From IMG/VR virus record IMGVR_UViG_3300050343_000162, positions 1 through 62,950 of that record: a DNA stretch of 62,950 bases; one strand, written 5' to 3'. The DNA is from a virus (Duplodnaviria; Caudoviricetes). Positions 42,851 through 51,685 of this stretch are shown here, in pieces. Every line of letters begins with the position of its first letter. Within the stretch, counting starts at the first letter, position 1. The notes beneath the pieces are model-generated. The model had not been told where the DNA came from. It saw only the letters and a list, made by a program, of their open reading frames with translations, and searched no databases. The position numbers were made by a program, and so were the translations under genes.

Positions 42851-45800
42851 ATGAACGAAGCATTAGAAACAGCGTATACGTTTTTTACAGAACAAGGTTA
42901 CAATGGGAGCATTGAAGAGTTTGTTAAATTAATAAATACCAATACTGACGCATTAGATTTATCGTACACGCTATTTACAGAAGAAGGTTACGCTGGTTCA
43001 CTCGATGATTTTTCAGGATTGATGGGTGTAAAAAAAAAAGTCGAACCCGATATGGTTTCACCATTGGAAACTGGCACTTCTCAGCCCAGCGCATTATCAC
43101 GAAACCAACGTCTTAACGTAGGAGCTGGACCTGAAAAAGATACAGCAATAGAAAGAGCTTTTGGTAAAAACGAAGTCACAGATTTTTTTGGAGATATATA
43201 TAGAGCTTGGAAAACAGGAGCTGGACAAGGGGCAACTGTTGATGATGCTATAAAAGTATTTGCTTCAGGTTCAAATGTCTCAGATAAAAACCTACAACAA
43301 TATATAAACGCAGTTGAAAACATGGAGTCCTTTGCACCCTCAGAAGAGATGCAAGATTTTAGTAGAATATACGAAGCGGAAGGAAAAGGAATTAAAGGTT
43401 TTATAAAAGGTATTGCTAAAAATCCTACAGCAGCTATACAGGTAGCTACCTCTTCCCTCAGAGCTATGTTAAACCCAGCCTCTATTGGAGCGGGAGCGGC
43501 AGGAGCAGGAGCGGGAGCATTAGCTGGCCCAGCAGGTGTAGGTGCAGGAGCAATACTTGGAATGACGGGAGCTCTTGAAACAGGCTTATCTTTTACTGAG
43601 TTTTTAAAAGAAGAATTAAATGAAAAAAGTTTAGATTTTACAGACGACAATATTAGAACCATACTAGAAGATGATGAGGCTATGGGTAATATTACTAGAA
43701 GATCATTAGCAAGAGGTGCTACTATATCAACAATAAGCGCACTAACAGGTGGTTTAGCAGCTGGAGTTGGAGCTAATGTAGGTAGAAATGTAGCCCTAAA
43801 ATTAGGAACGCAAGCAGGAAGAGCTGCATCAGGAGTAGCAGGTCTTGGAGTACAAGCAGTAGGAGGTGGAGCAGGAGAAGCCATCGGTAGAGCGGCGGCA
43901 GGCCAAGAAATGGATGTAGCAGAGATTGGTTTTGAAGCTATTGGAGAAATAGCAAGTCCATCTTTAATAGGTACTGTAACAGCTGTAGCTAAAGTTCCTA
44001 AATACAAAGTAAATACCGAAGAGGTTTCCGAGGACTTTGTAAAAGATATAATTGGTAAATCTAAAAATTATTTAGAATTAGATAATATAGATATAGAAAT
44101 TATAGACAATCCTGTATTAGAAGCAGAGGTACAAAAAAGAAAAAAGGAGTTATTAGATATTGAAAATTATAAAAAAGGAATGAGTCCACAACAGCTAGCT
44201 AATGCTACTGAAGAGGATATATTAGAATTAGTATCTTTACAAAATGAATTAACTAAGTATAACGAGAGCGGAAATGAAGCTGGAAAAGATAATGCAGCAA
44301 ATAAAAAAGCTCAAATAATAAATAAATTAAATGCCCTTCAAGAGCCAAGCACAGAGAAAGTGGATGTACAAGAACCTGCCGCAGATAGCGAAACAGTGGG
44401 AGAGGGAGACGCCCAACAACAGCAGCCTGCCACAGAGGCTCCATCCGAGCAAGCCGAAACCCCAGCGCAACCAGCCGAAGAGGTCGAGACTGAGGTTGAG
44501 GCTGAGGAGAGCGAGGTAGTAGAGGAAACCTATACACTACCAGAAGATCCGAGAAAAGCCAAGAAAGATTTTCAAATTATAGACAACAGAGATGGCTCTA
44601 TAATAGAATTAGATGAAGATGGAAGTAATAAGTGGATTCTTAGAAATATTAAAACAGATTTTATAGGAACCTCTACTACTAAAACTGAGGCTCAACAATT
44701 TTTAAATAATACAGTAAACAGGGAGGGAATGACTATGGATTACGGAGAAGGTGAACCTGTACTTGAAGAGTTTAGAACTCAGGTAGAAGAAGAGGTTGTT
44801 GAGGAAGTAGCTCCAGCTACAAATAAAATAGGAAACTTTGATGTAGTAATAAAAGACAATAAGATTGTTAGTATTACTAAGGATGGAAAGAAACCATCTG
44901 CAAGATCTTTATCTAGAGTACAGAAAAAAATATTAGACCAAGGGTTAATTAATGTAGAAGAGGGAGAATCAGTAGTTTTTGAAGGAGGTGAGGAAGTAGA
45001 TTTTTCAACTGAAGTTTCTATTAAAAGTAATAATCCCAAAGAAGTAGCTCAGCAATTTGAAAGAGTTCAGGAAAAAATAAAAGAACAAAAGCAAACAAGC
45101 TCCGATATATCATTAAATCCTTTAGGTGTATTATTTTCAATAAAATTTACTCCCGAATCTTATGAATTTGTAACAGGTAAAAAATTAATAAATACTTCTC
45201 CTGAGTTTAGAAAAACTTGGATTGCAAAAAAAGATAAAGGCGGAGTCAGTTTAGAAGACGGATGGGCAGAAACTTTTATTGATAATAATTTACCTATTCC
45301 GGACTTAGTCGAAGTTACAGATTTTATAAATGAATTTCAAACAAAAGCTCAATTTAATAGATCGTTAGAGGTTTTTACGCCTAACCTACTAACAGATTTA
45401 AAAAATAGATTTGAAGAATTAACAGGACTAAACGCTTCTCCAACAAACATTCAAAGAGTTATTGACGCATCACCAGAGACAACTCAAAGAATTGCAGAAG
45501 AGGAGGCGGTGGATGTAAATGTAAAAGAAGAAAAACAAAAAGAACAGGCGCAGAAAAAACTAACTAAAAAAGAAATAAGTGAGGCTAAAAAAGAAGCGGT
45601 TGAAAAAGAAAGAAAGAAAACCATTGATAACAGAAATAGAAAAAATGCGTTAGGTAATATTAAAAAAGGTAAGCTGGGTACAGAGGAGACAACAGTGGTT
45701 CTTAAAAATATATTTACAATTCAACCTAAAATAATAAGAGCTGCAATTAAAGAAGGGGTTTTACCTGCGGAAATATTAACTAGGTATAATGAGCTAGCAA

Positions 45801-48754
45801 AACTGATAGGGCAAAGAAAGGCTGTTCTTAGAGATCTTCCAGAGGTTAGAGAGATAAAGAAAAAAGCGGACGCTTTATATAATGAATTAATAGATGGTAT
45901 AAATAAAGAGATAGAGGAGGCGGGAGAAGCTGAGGTTGAAGAAGTAGATGTTGAAAAACTTAAGTCTGACATTCTTTCTATGCCGGTAAAAATAAACACA
46001 GGGCTCGATAAAGCTTCACGTGATTTAGCTACTAAAATAAAAAGATTGTCTGATGCAGATTTAGATTTATTAATAGAAGAAACTGAAGATGGCTCACAAG
46101 ATATAAGAAAATTAAATCAACTAGAGTTAATTAAAAAAAATATAAACGCAGGGTTTGTTCCTGCAGCTGCTAACGATATAATAAATACAATAGAAACAAG
46201 AAAAGATACTAAGTCTTTAACGCCTAAATTTGAAAAAATTTCAACTAAAGGTTTGCAAGGAGGTTTAAGAAAATCCTTTTTTAATATTGGAAGAGCCCTT
46301 GGTTTAATAAAAACAGGAAACTTTTTTGAAGCTGTGTTTAAATCAAATCCCAAAACAGTTTTTGATGATTTGATGGGTAATGCAAATGACACAACCATAT
46401 TTGAAAAGTTAATTAGACCTTTAGCTGCTGCGTTTTCACAGTATGATGTACAGAGAAGTAATGTGCTAAAAGAATCAATTGAAAAAATTGAAAAATTAAT
46501 TGCATTTGATGGTAATAAAAGAATTGAAAGATCTCAAAATGAAATTATAAAAGATAAAATGAAAATCATGACCTATCTTTTACAGTTAGAGCATGAATCA
46601 AACCCTATCGAAAGCAATCAAGAACAGAACTTAACACCACCTGCGCTTGCTTTTATTGAAGAAACAATTAATTATTATATAGAAAATTCACCAGCTGAAG
46701 CTGATGTTACAGTAGAAATGTTACAGGAAATAAAAAAAGAATTTACTGTTAACGGAAAGATTGATTTAGGTAAACTTAAAAATTCTTTTTCAACTAATAT
46801 AAATAAAGCAGTAGATGAATACCGTAAGGCTTTTGATAATCTAGCTGATAAAACAGATTTTGTTTCTGCAGTTCTTAGAAGAAACAAAGTAAACCTTTTT
46901 AATAACTACGTGAAACACGTGGTATTATATAACCCAAGTGATAAAGAAGCTGTATACAATGCGCAAAGAGATAAGTTTACACAAAAAGCTTCTGCTAAAT
47001 CAGGGTCAATAGAGGAAAGAATTCCTGGAGCAAAAGCATTAAGCTTTGACCCTTCTTATGCTCTTATGAAAGCTACGGATGATATTTTATTAGATTTCAA
47101 TATGACTAATGAAATAAGAAAATTTAGAATGAAAATAAATTCTTTAAAGAAAACAGAAGGATTAACTCCTTTACAACAACAAGCAGTTATAGCTTTAGAA
47201 AGATCAATGGAGAAAGCATTGGCGTCAACTTTTGATTCTATAAACTCTGACCCATCAGCAACTACTACTCTTATAAATGAAATAAGAAGAATTGGTTACG
47301 AGGCTGCATTAGTTTCTGCTCCAAGAGCAGTGGCGGAATTATCATCAAACTTTTTGTTTGCTATATCTGCAAACCCTGACGCTACATTGGATGGTATTAA
47401 AAACTACGGAGGTGTAGCAAAAGAAAATGGAACTATGTTGAATTTTCTAAGCAACATAGGCTCAACAGAGGCAACTAAATTAGCTAATGTAGATGAGATT
47501 ACAGGTAAATTAACAGATGATTTAGGTGTAGATAAATACGTTAGTAAATCAGGGAAGGCTGCTCCACAATTAAAAAGCATATTATTACAAATAAATAATT
47601 ACGGTCCAAAACAATTAAGGAATTTTACAGCTGACTTATCTAATAAAATACTTTCTTATCCTGACCAAATGATAGGAAGACCTTTATATTTGGGTGAGTT
47701 TGTGAGGGTGTTTGAACAGGAAACAGGTATAAGATTGACTGAAGACGACATAAGAAAAATGGCTAAAGGTCCTGGAGAGTCTAAATATTTAAGTCAAGAA
47801 TATGCAGAGGCTATAAAAAAAGCTGCAATTGCTGCTGACAAGCAAGCCATTATGTCTACAACTTCACGTAATCCAATATTAGCTATAGAAAAATTTAAAA
47901 GAAAAAAAGACGCTGGTGCATTTCAGGAAATATATAGGGAGGCAAATGCTTTTATGTCTAACTTTTTTGCCTTTGAATATACAACAGCTAGAACAGCTGT
48001 AAATGCTTTATTTAACCAAGGGGCAATTAGTAACAAGCAAGCCTTAGGATTACTCCTAGGAATTACCATGAGAATGTCAATGTATCAAATAATTTACAAA
48101 GTATTAAGTGATAATGTTGACCAGGCATTTAGAGAAAAAGATGAGGATGATATCGATGAGACTCAAGAGATAGTAGATGAAACAGCAAGATCCTTAACTG
48201 GGTCTATACTTACCCTTCTAACAAGACAGACCATGGGTAATGTTCCTTTTGCAGCTATTGCTTATGGTTTAGAAAGATTTAATGAAAACAATTTAGGAAT
48301 ACTAAGAAGTGATGAAGAGTATGATGCTTTTAAACATTCAATTGTTTACTCTCAACTTGGTAAAAAAGATTTAGAGTCAGAAAACTTAATGACTAATTTA
48401 GCGACACTTTTTGCTGGGCCTTATGGAACTATACTTAGAAGGTCAGAGAGAGCTTTAGAGTTAATTCAAAGAACTCAAACAAGAAAAACAGAATCAGCTA
48501 GACAAGAAGCTCAAGATGAGTTAAATAGAAATATAATTTTAGATATTTCTGGTAACGCAGGTCTTCTTCCATTTTATAAAGATGTAAGAAGAATTATAAA
48601 CGCTAAGCGTAATAAAGAATATAAGGAAAAACAAGGAGCAATGTCTAAGTCTGAGCTTAGAAAATTAAATCCAAAGCTTTACAAAAAACTATATGGTCCT
48701 GGTAGTGCAGAGGCGAGACTTAGAGCTTTAAAAAGAAAGCTTAAGCCTAATTAA
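42851..48754 (+). CDS. Large putative ejection/internal virion protein
   Basis: 1967 aa intact ORF; Ala/Gly hydrophobic stretch near the N-terminus; last gene of the late strand. Confidence 0.7.
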   Translation: MNEALETAYTFFTEQGYNGSIEEFVKLINTNTDALDLSYTLFTEEGYAGSLDDFSGLMGVKKKVEPDMVSPLETGTSQPSALSRNQRLNVGAGPEKDTAIERAFGKNEVTDFFGDIYRAWKTGAGQGATVDDAIKVFASGSNVSDKNLQQYINAVENMESFAPSEEMQDFSRIYEAEGKGIKGFIKGIAKNPTAAIQVATSSLRAMLNPASIGAGAAGAGAGALAGPAGVGAGAILGMTGALETGLSFTEFLKEELNEKSLDFTDDNIRTILEDDEAMGNITRRSLARGATISTISALTGGLAAGVGANVGRNVALKLGTQAGRAASGVAGLGVQAVGGGAGEAIGRAAAGQEMDVAEIGFEAIGEIASPSLIGTVTAVAKVPKYKVNTEEVSEDFVKDIIGKSKNYLELDNIDIEIIDNPVLEAEVQKRKKELLDIENYKKGMSPQQLANATEEDILELVSLQNELTKYNESGNEAGKDNAANKKAQIINKLNALQEPSTEKVDVQEPAADSETVGEGDAQQQQPATEAPSEQAETPAQPAEEVETEVEAEESEVVEETYTLPEDPRKAKKDFQIIDNRDGSIIELDEDGSNKWILRNIKTDFIGTSTTKTEAQQFLNNTVNREGMTMDYGEGEPVLEEFRTQVEEEVVEEVAPATNKIGNFDVVIKDNKIVSITKDGKKPSARSLSRVQKKILDQGLINVEEGESVVFEGGEEVDFSTEVSIKSNNPKEVAQQFERVQEKIKEQKQTSSDISLNPLGVLFSIKFTPESYEFVTGKKLINTSPEFRKTWIAKKDKGGVSLEDGWAETFIDNNLPIPDLVEVTDFINEFQTKAQFNRSLEVFTPNLLTDLKNRFEELTGLNASPTNIQRVIDASPETTQRIAEEEAVDVNVKEEKQKEQAQKKLTKKEISEAKKEAVEKERKKTIDNRNRKNALGNIKKGKLGTEETTVVLKNIFTIQPKIIRAAIKEGVLPAEILTRYNELAKLIGQRKAVLRDLPEVREIKKKADALYNELIDGINKEIEEAGEAEVEEVDVEKLKSDILSMPVKINTGLDKASRDLATKIKRLSDADLDLLIEETEDGSQDIRKLNQLELIKKNINAGFVPAAANDIINTIETRKDTKSLTPKFEKISTKGLQGGLRKSFFNIGRALGLIKTGNFFEAVFKSNPKTVFDDLMGNANDTTIFEKLIRPLAAAFSQYDVQRSNVLKESIEKIEKLIAFDGNKRIERSQNEIIKDKMKIMTYLLQLEHESNPIESNQEQNLTPPALAFIEETINYYIENSPAEADVTVEMLQEIKKEFTVNGKIDLGKLKNSFSTNINKAVDEYRKAFDNLADKTDFVSAVLRRNKVNLFNNYVKHVVLYNPSDKEAVYNAQRDKFTQKASAKSGSIEERIPGAKALSFDPSYALMKATDDILLDFNMTNEIRKFRMKINSLKKTEGLTPLQQQAVIALERSMEKALASTFDSINSDPSATTTLINEIRRIGYEAALVSAPRAVAELSSNFLFAISANPDATLDGIKNYGGVAKENGTMLNFLSNIGSTEATKLANVDEITGKLTDDLGVDKYVSKSGKAAPQLKSILLQINNYGPKQLRNFTADLSNKILSYPDQMIGRPLYLGEFVRVFEQETGIRLTEDDIRKMAKGPGESKYLSQEYAEAIKKAAIAADKQAIMSTTSRNPILAIEKFKRKKDAGAFQEIYREANAFMSNFFAFEYTTARTAVNALFNQGAISNKQALGLLLGITMRMSMYQIIYKVLSDNVDQAFREKDEDDIDETQEIVDETARSLTGSILTLLTRQTMGNVPFAAIAYGLERFNENNLGILRSDEEYDAFKHSIVYSQLGKKDLESENLMTNLATLFAGPYGTILRRSERALELIQRTQTRKTESARQEAQDELNRNIILDISGNAGLLPFYKDVRRIINAKRNKEYKEKQGAMSKSELRKLNPKLYKKLYGPGSAEARLRALKRKLKPN
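44331..44519 (+). CDS. Nested +1-frame small basic protein (MPFKSQAQRKWMY...)
   Basis: Recognisable small-phage-protein N-terminus; A-rich leader aaataataaataaattaa before the ATG. Confidence 0.5.
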   Translation: MPFKSQAQRKWMYKNLPQIAKQWERETPNNSSLPQRLHPSKPKPQRNQPKRSRLRLRLRRAR

Positions 48755-48834
48755 ATAAGTTCCAAAAGATAACGTAAAGTATCACTGCGTTTATTATAAA
48801 GACAATTATAAAGTTTAGTTGAGGCTTTGAGAAT

Positions 48835-49059
48835 TTATATTTCATTCTCTAAAGAATCAGTGATGGTTTTAAGTTGGGCGTTAATCTTGGAAACCTCACC
48901 CTTTAAAGCACCATATTCATGGTCTATTAGTAGTTCATATATATTGTTTACAGACTCATGAAGATCATTCATAATATAATTTATATTACGGATGCGTTTC
49001 TTTTCTAGTGGAGAGATATTCATAACTACTTTATTTCTCTTAGCATCATTCCGCCCCAA
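48835..49059 (-). CDS. Hypothetical protein
   Basis: Last ORF of the minus-strand block. Confidence 0.6.
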   Translation of the reverse strand: MGRNDAKRNKVVMNISPLEKKRIRNINYIMNDLHESVNNIYELLIDHEYGALKGEVSKINAQLKTITDSLENEI

Positions 49060-49256
49060 TACTCATCGAGTGATTTAACTGCTTTGTAAATTTTACGTGA
49101 TTGTTTGTGTGTGGTATCAAGCTCTGTCTTAGTGGAGTCCTTTCCTTGATTGCAATACAGGTCAGCGTCAATCTCAAATAAGGCGTCGATTTTTCTTTTA
49201 TTACTCCAACTAGTAAAGCTTAAAATTTTATCTATATCATCTATATTGTAAGACAT
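49026..49256 (-). CDS. Hypothetical protein
   Basis: 76-aa ORF. Confidence 0.65.
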   Translation of the reverse strand: MSYNIDDIDKILSFTSWSNKRKIDALFEIDADLYCNQGKDSTKTELDTTHKQSRKIYKAVKSLDEYWGGMMLREIK

Positions 49257-49277
49257 AAGTATACCTGATACTTAAAG

Positions 49278-49700
49278 TTAGGAAATTTTTTCTTTACTTC
49301 TTTTTAAATTATAATATTTTTGTTTCAAGTTTATGTAATGGTTTAATAGAAATTGAAACTTATCCTCCTCTGACTTGGCTAATAAATTGTTTGCAAACTT
49401 GAATTTACTTTTAAGAATTAGTCTGATTTCGTGATACAATTGTAAAAGATAAGTCTCCTCCCAAGCCCTAAAGTTTTTAAATATTTTTAAACCATGAAGC
49501 ACACTAGCGTGGTCTTTATTTACCACCGAACCTATATCGGTTAATGAATGTGTAGTGAAATCTTTACATAACTGATAGTATAAAGCTCTACCATATACAT
49601 AAGAACGTTGTCGCCTACCATCTGATATATCTATTTTAAGTGAAGAGTTCACATATTCTTTTATTGTTTCTAATTCGTTGACCTGTCTAGTCCTGTTCAT
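49278..49700 (-). CDS. DnaA C-terminal (domain IV)-like HTH DNA-binding protein
   Basis: RRQRSYVYGRALYYQLC...SLTDIGSVVNKDHASVLHG matches the DnaA_C signature. Confidence 0.8.
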   Translation of the reverse strand: MNRTRQVNELETIKEYVNSSLKIDISDGRRQRSYVYGRALYYQLCKDFTTHSLTDIGSVVNKDHASVLHGLKIFKNFRAWEETYLLQLYHEIRLILKSKFKFANNLLAKSEEDKFQFLLNHYINLKQKYYNLKRSKEKIS

Positions 49701-50031
49701 TCTTTATGGTTTTGTTTAGGTTAATGTAATCTAAGTAAGCATCACTATCTATGACGTTAAATTTAAAAAAAAGAGGATGCATTGATTTACTGTTTAAATA
49801 TTCAACGCTAAAAAACAAAGGACTTTTTAGCTGAACAACTCCAGCTATTAAGCCAAACCTTTTACTTGGTTTAGATAGTTTATTTTGTTCATACATCTCT
49901 TCAGCTAAACGATCTAACTGCATTATAATTCCTGCGCTATAAATAGAAGGCAAGTTTTCTAGCTCTTCTAGAAAGGTTTCTTCCATTTCATAGTAGTGCT
50001 CATCCCCTGTATATCTCTGCGGTAAATCCAT
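49687..50031 (-). CDS. Hypothetical protein
   Basis: 114-aa ORF overlapping both neighbours. Confidence 0.65.
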   Translation of the reverse strand: MDLPQRYTGDEHYYEMEETFLEELENLPSIYSAGIIMQLDRLAEEMYEQNKLSKPSKRFGLIAGVVQLKSPLFFSVEYLNSKSMHPLFFKFNVIDSDAYLDYINLNKTIKNEQD

Positions 50032-50239
50032 ATTGTCTTAATTCTTTTAATCGGTACTCCTGAAGCTTAGACACTCTACCCTTCTTGGTTTTGATTTCGT
50101 AGAACTCAATCCCATACTCAGGGTGCAATGCAAGTACATCTGGTATACCATTCTTGTTTGTCTTTATTAACTTTAAAACAAAGTAACCATCAGCTTCCAA
50201 CTCTTTAATCTTTTTTGTTTGAATCTGTTGCTCTGTCAT
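50000..50239 (-). CDS. VRR-NUC domain nuclease (resolvase-like)
   Basis: TEQQIQ..GIPD...FYEIK..GRVSKLQ PD-(D/E)xK motif. Confidence 0.85.
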   Translation of the reverse strand: MTEQQIQTKKIKELEADGYFVLKLIKTNKNGIPDVLALHPEYGIEFYEIKTKKGRVSKLQEYRLKELRQYGFTAEIYRG

Positions 50240-50252
50240 ATTATAAATTTAG

Positions 50253-50456
50253 TTAATCTTTTGATTGCTTTTTTTCTTTTTCAGCATCTGCTTTTAATTC
50301 CTTCAGAGCTTTGTCATACCCCTTCATTCTCTTGATGGTTTCCAGGGTACCAACCGATAGGTTTTTTAGGTTATACATTTCCTGTATTACCTGTTGCATA
50401 ATTTCGTCAAGCTTGTTGACTTTGTTCATCATCTCAATTAATTTTTGTTCTTTCAT
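50253..50456 (-). CDS. Hypothetical coiled-coil protein
   Basis: 67-aa ORF. Confidence 0.6.
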   Translation of the reverse strand: MKEQKLIEMMNKVNKLDEIMQQVIQEMYNLKNLSVGTLETIKRMKGYDKALKELKADAEKEKKQSKD

Positions 50457-50458
50457 AT

Positions 50459-51685
50459 TTATAAACTTAGTAAATCTTTTTCAAAATGTTTTAGCGTGTA
50501 ATCTTTTTTCTTAGTGACCGCTCGGTATATCTTTTCCTCAATACCATTCTCTGAAAATATCCAGTACACATCATTCTGGATAGAGTCTTTGGTTGTCATT
50601 CTGTCACGTGACTGCCAATAGCTAAGGGCAGAGAAATCTATGTTGTAATTCACAAGACAATCCGCTTCCTTTAAACTAATACCTTCACGTCCACTCACCA
50701 CTTGGAGCGCTATGTTTTTATCAGTGGTTTTAAATTCTTTTAATTCATTAGTCAAGTCATCCCCGTAGACCTCTTTTAAAGCATCATACTCGGCTTTAAA
50801 CTTATAGAATATACCTATCTTCTGATTCTTAAATTGAGTGCGTATAAACTCAGCTTTCGATAGGTCTATAACGGTTGCTTTTCCGCTCTCAAACTTTACT
50901 GTTCCAGAGAAGAGTTGGTGTAATTTAGACATCAGCTTCACACCGGTATCTGCCAGCACCACCTCATCAGTTCCCTCGATAACTAAATTCTTTTTCAGTT
51001 GCTTGACCATGTTATAGGTAAGGTCAGACATCTTAACCTTCAATACCTTTTCAATGGTTTCTACTTTAAACCCTGCTTCCTTTTGAGTATAGCTAATCAT
51101 ATATGGTTTCATCTGATCTAATATAGACTGCTTGCCTTTTGTGTAGTTATTGTGAGGCATAGCCCCTATTCTAATTTGCACCACATCCACATAATGTTTA
51201 GCAAACTTATAAAAGTTGGTATAGTTTCTAAAAGGATTTTGTGGGCAGGCAAATACCTGGTGATACATCTGACTAAAAGATTCTGGAGTTGGAGTTCCAG
51301 ACATTAAGATAACAAACGGGTTCTGCTTTTTAATTATCTGCTTTATCATCTTAGTTCTCTTGCTCGGCTTGGGATATGCACCCATACCATGAGCTTCATC
51401 CAGAACTATGCATTCATATTCACCTTCAACCTTATGTAGACTCTCGTAGTTAATAACAGTAAGATGAAACTTAGGACTAAGTAATTTATAGTCATCCTCT
51501 ATGGAGGAGATGGCTTTCTTCTTGGTTACGAATAACATATTGTCAACGCCTAGCTTCTGGGCTGTACCCATAGCGGTCAAAGTCTTTCCTGTTCGCACCT
51601 GCATAGACAGATAAACAAACCTATACTTAACAAGCACATCAAAAGCCTTGTCTATAATTTCCGATTGGTATTTTCTAAATTTCAA
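50459..51685 (-). CDS. SF2 (SNF2-like) helicase
   Basis: FRKYQ, RTGKT, LDEAH, MSGTP, SGREGISL, QSRDR motifs. Confidence 0.88.
   Translation of the reverse strand: MKFRKYQSEIIDKAFDVLVKYRFVYLSMQVRTGKTLTAMGTAQKLGVDNMLFVTKKKAISSIEDDYKLLSPKFHLTVINYESLHKVEGEYECIVLDEAHGMGAYPKPSKRTKMIKQIIKKQNPFVILMSGTPTPESFSQMYHQVFACPQNPFRNYTNFYKFAKHYVDVVQIRIGAMPHNNYTKGKQSILDQMKPYMISYTQKEAGFKVETIEKVLKVKMSDLTYNMVKQLKKNLVIEGTDEVVLADTGVKLMSKLHQLFSGTVKFESGKATVIDLSKAEFIRTQFKNQKIGIFYKFKAEYDALKEVYGDDLTNELKEFKTTDKNIALQVVSGREGISLKEADCLVNYNIDFSALSYWQSRDRMTTKDSIQNDVYWIFSENGIEEKIYRAVTKKKDYTLKHFEKDLLSL

Noticed and set aside
43081-44007. 308-aa minus-strand ORF
   Set aside because: Antisense shadow of the Ala/Gly-rich part of the 1967-aa gene; no independent signals
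42851-48754. Virion RNA polymerase (crAss- or N4-like) or tape measure protein
   Set aside because: No DxDxD polymerase motif in a recognisable context; no tail tube or sheath genes to go with a tape measure
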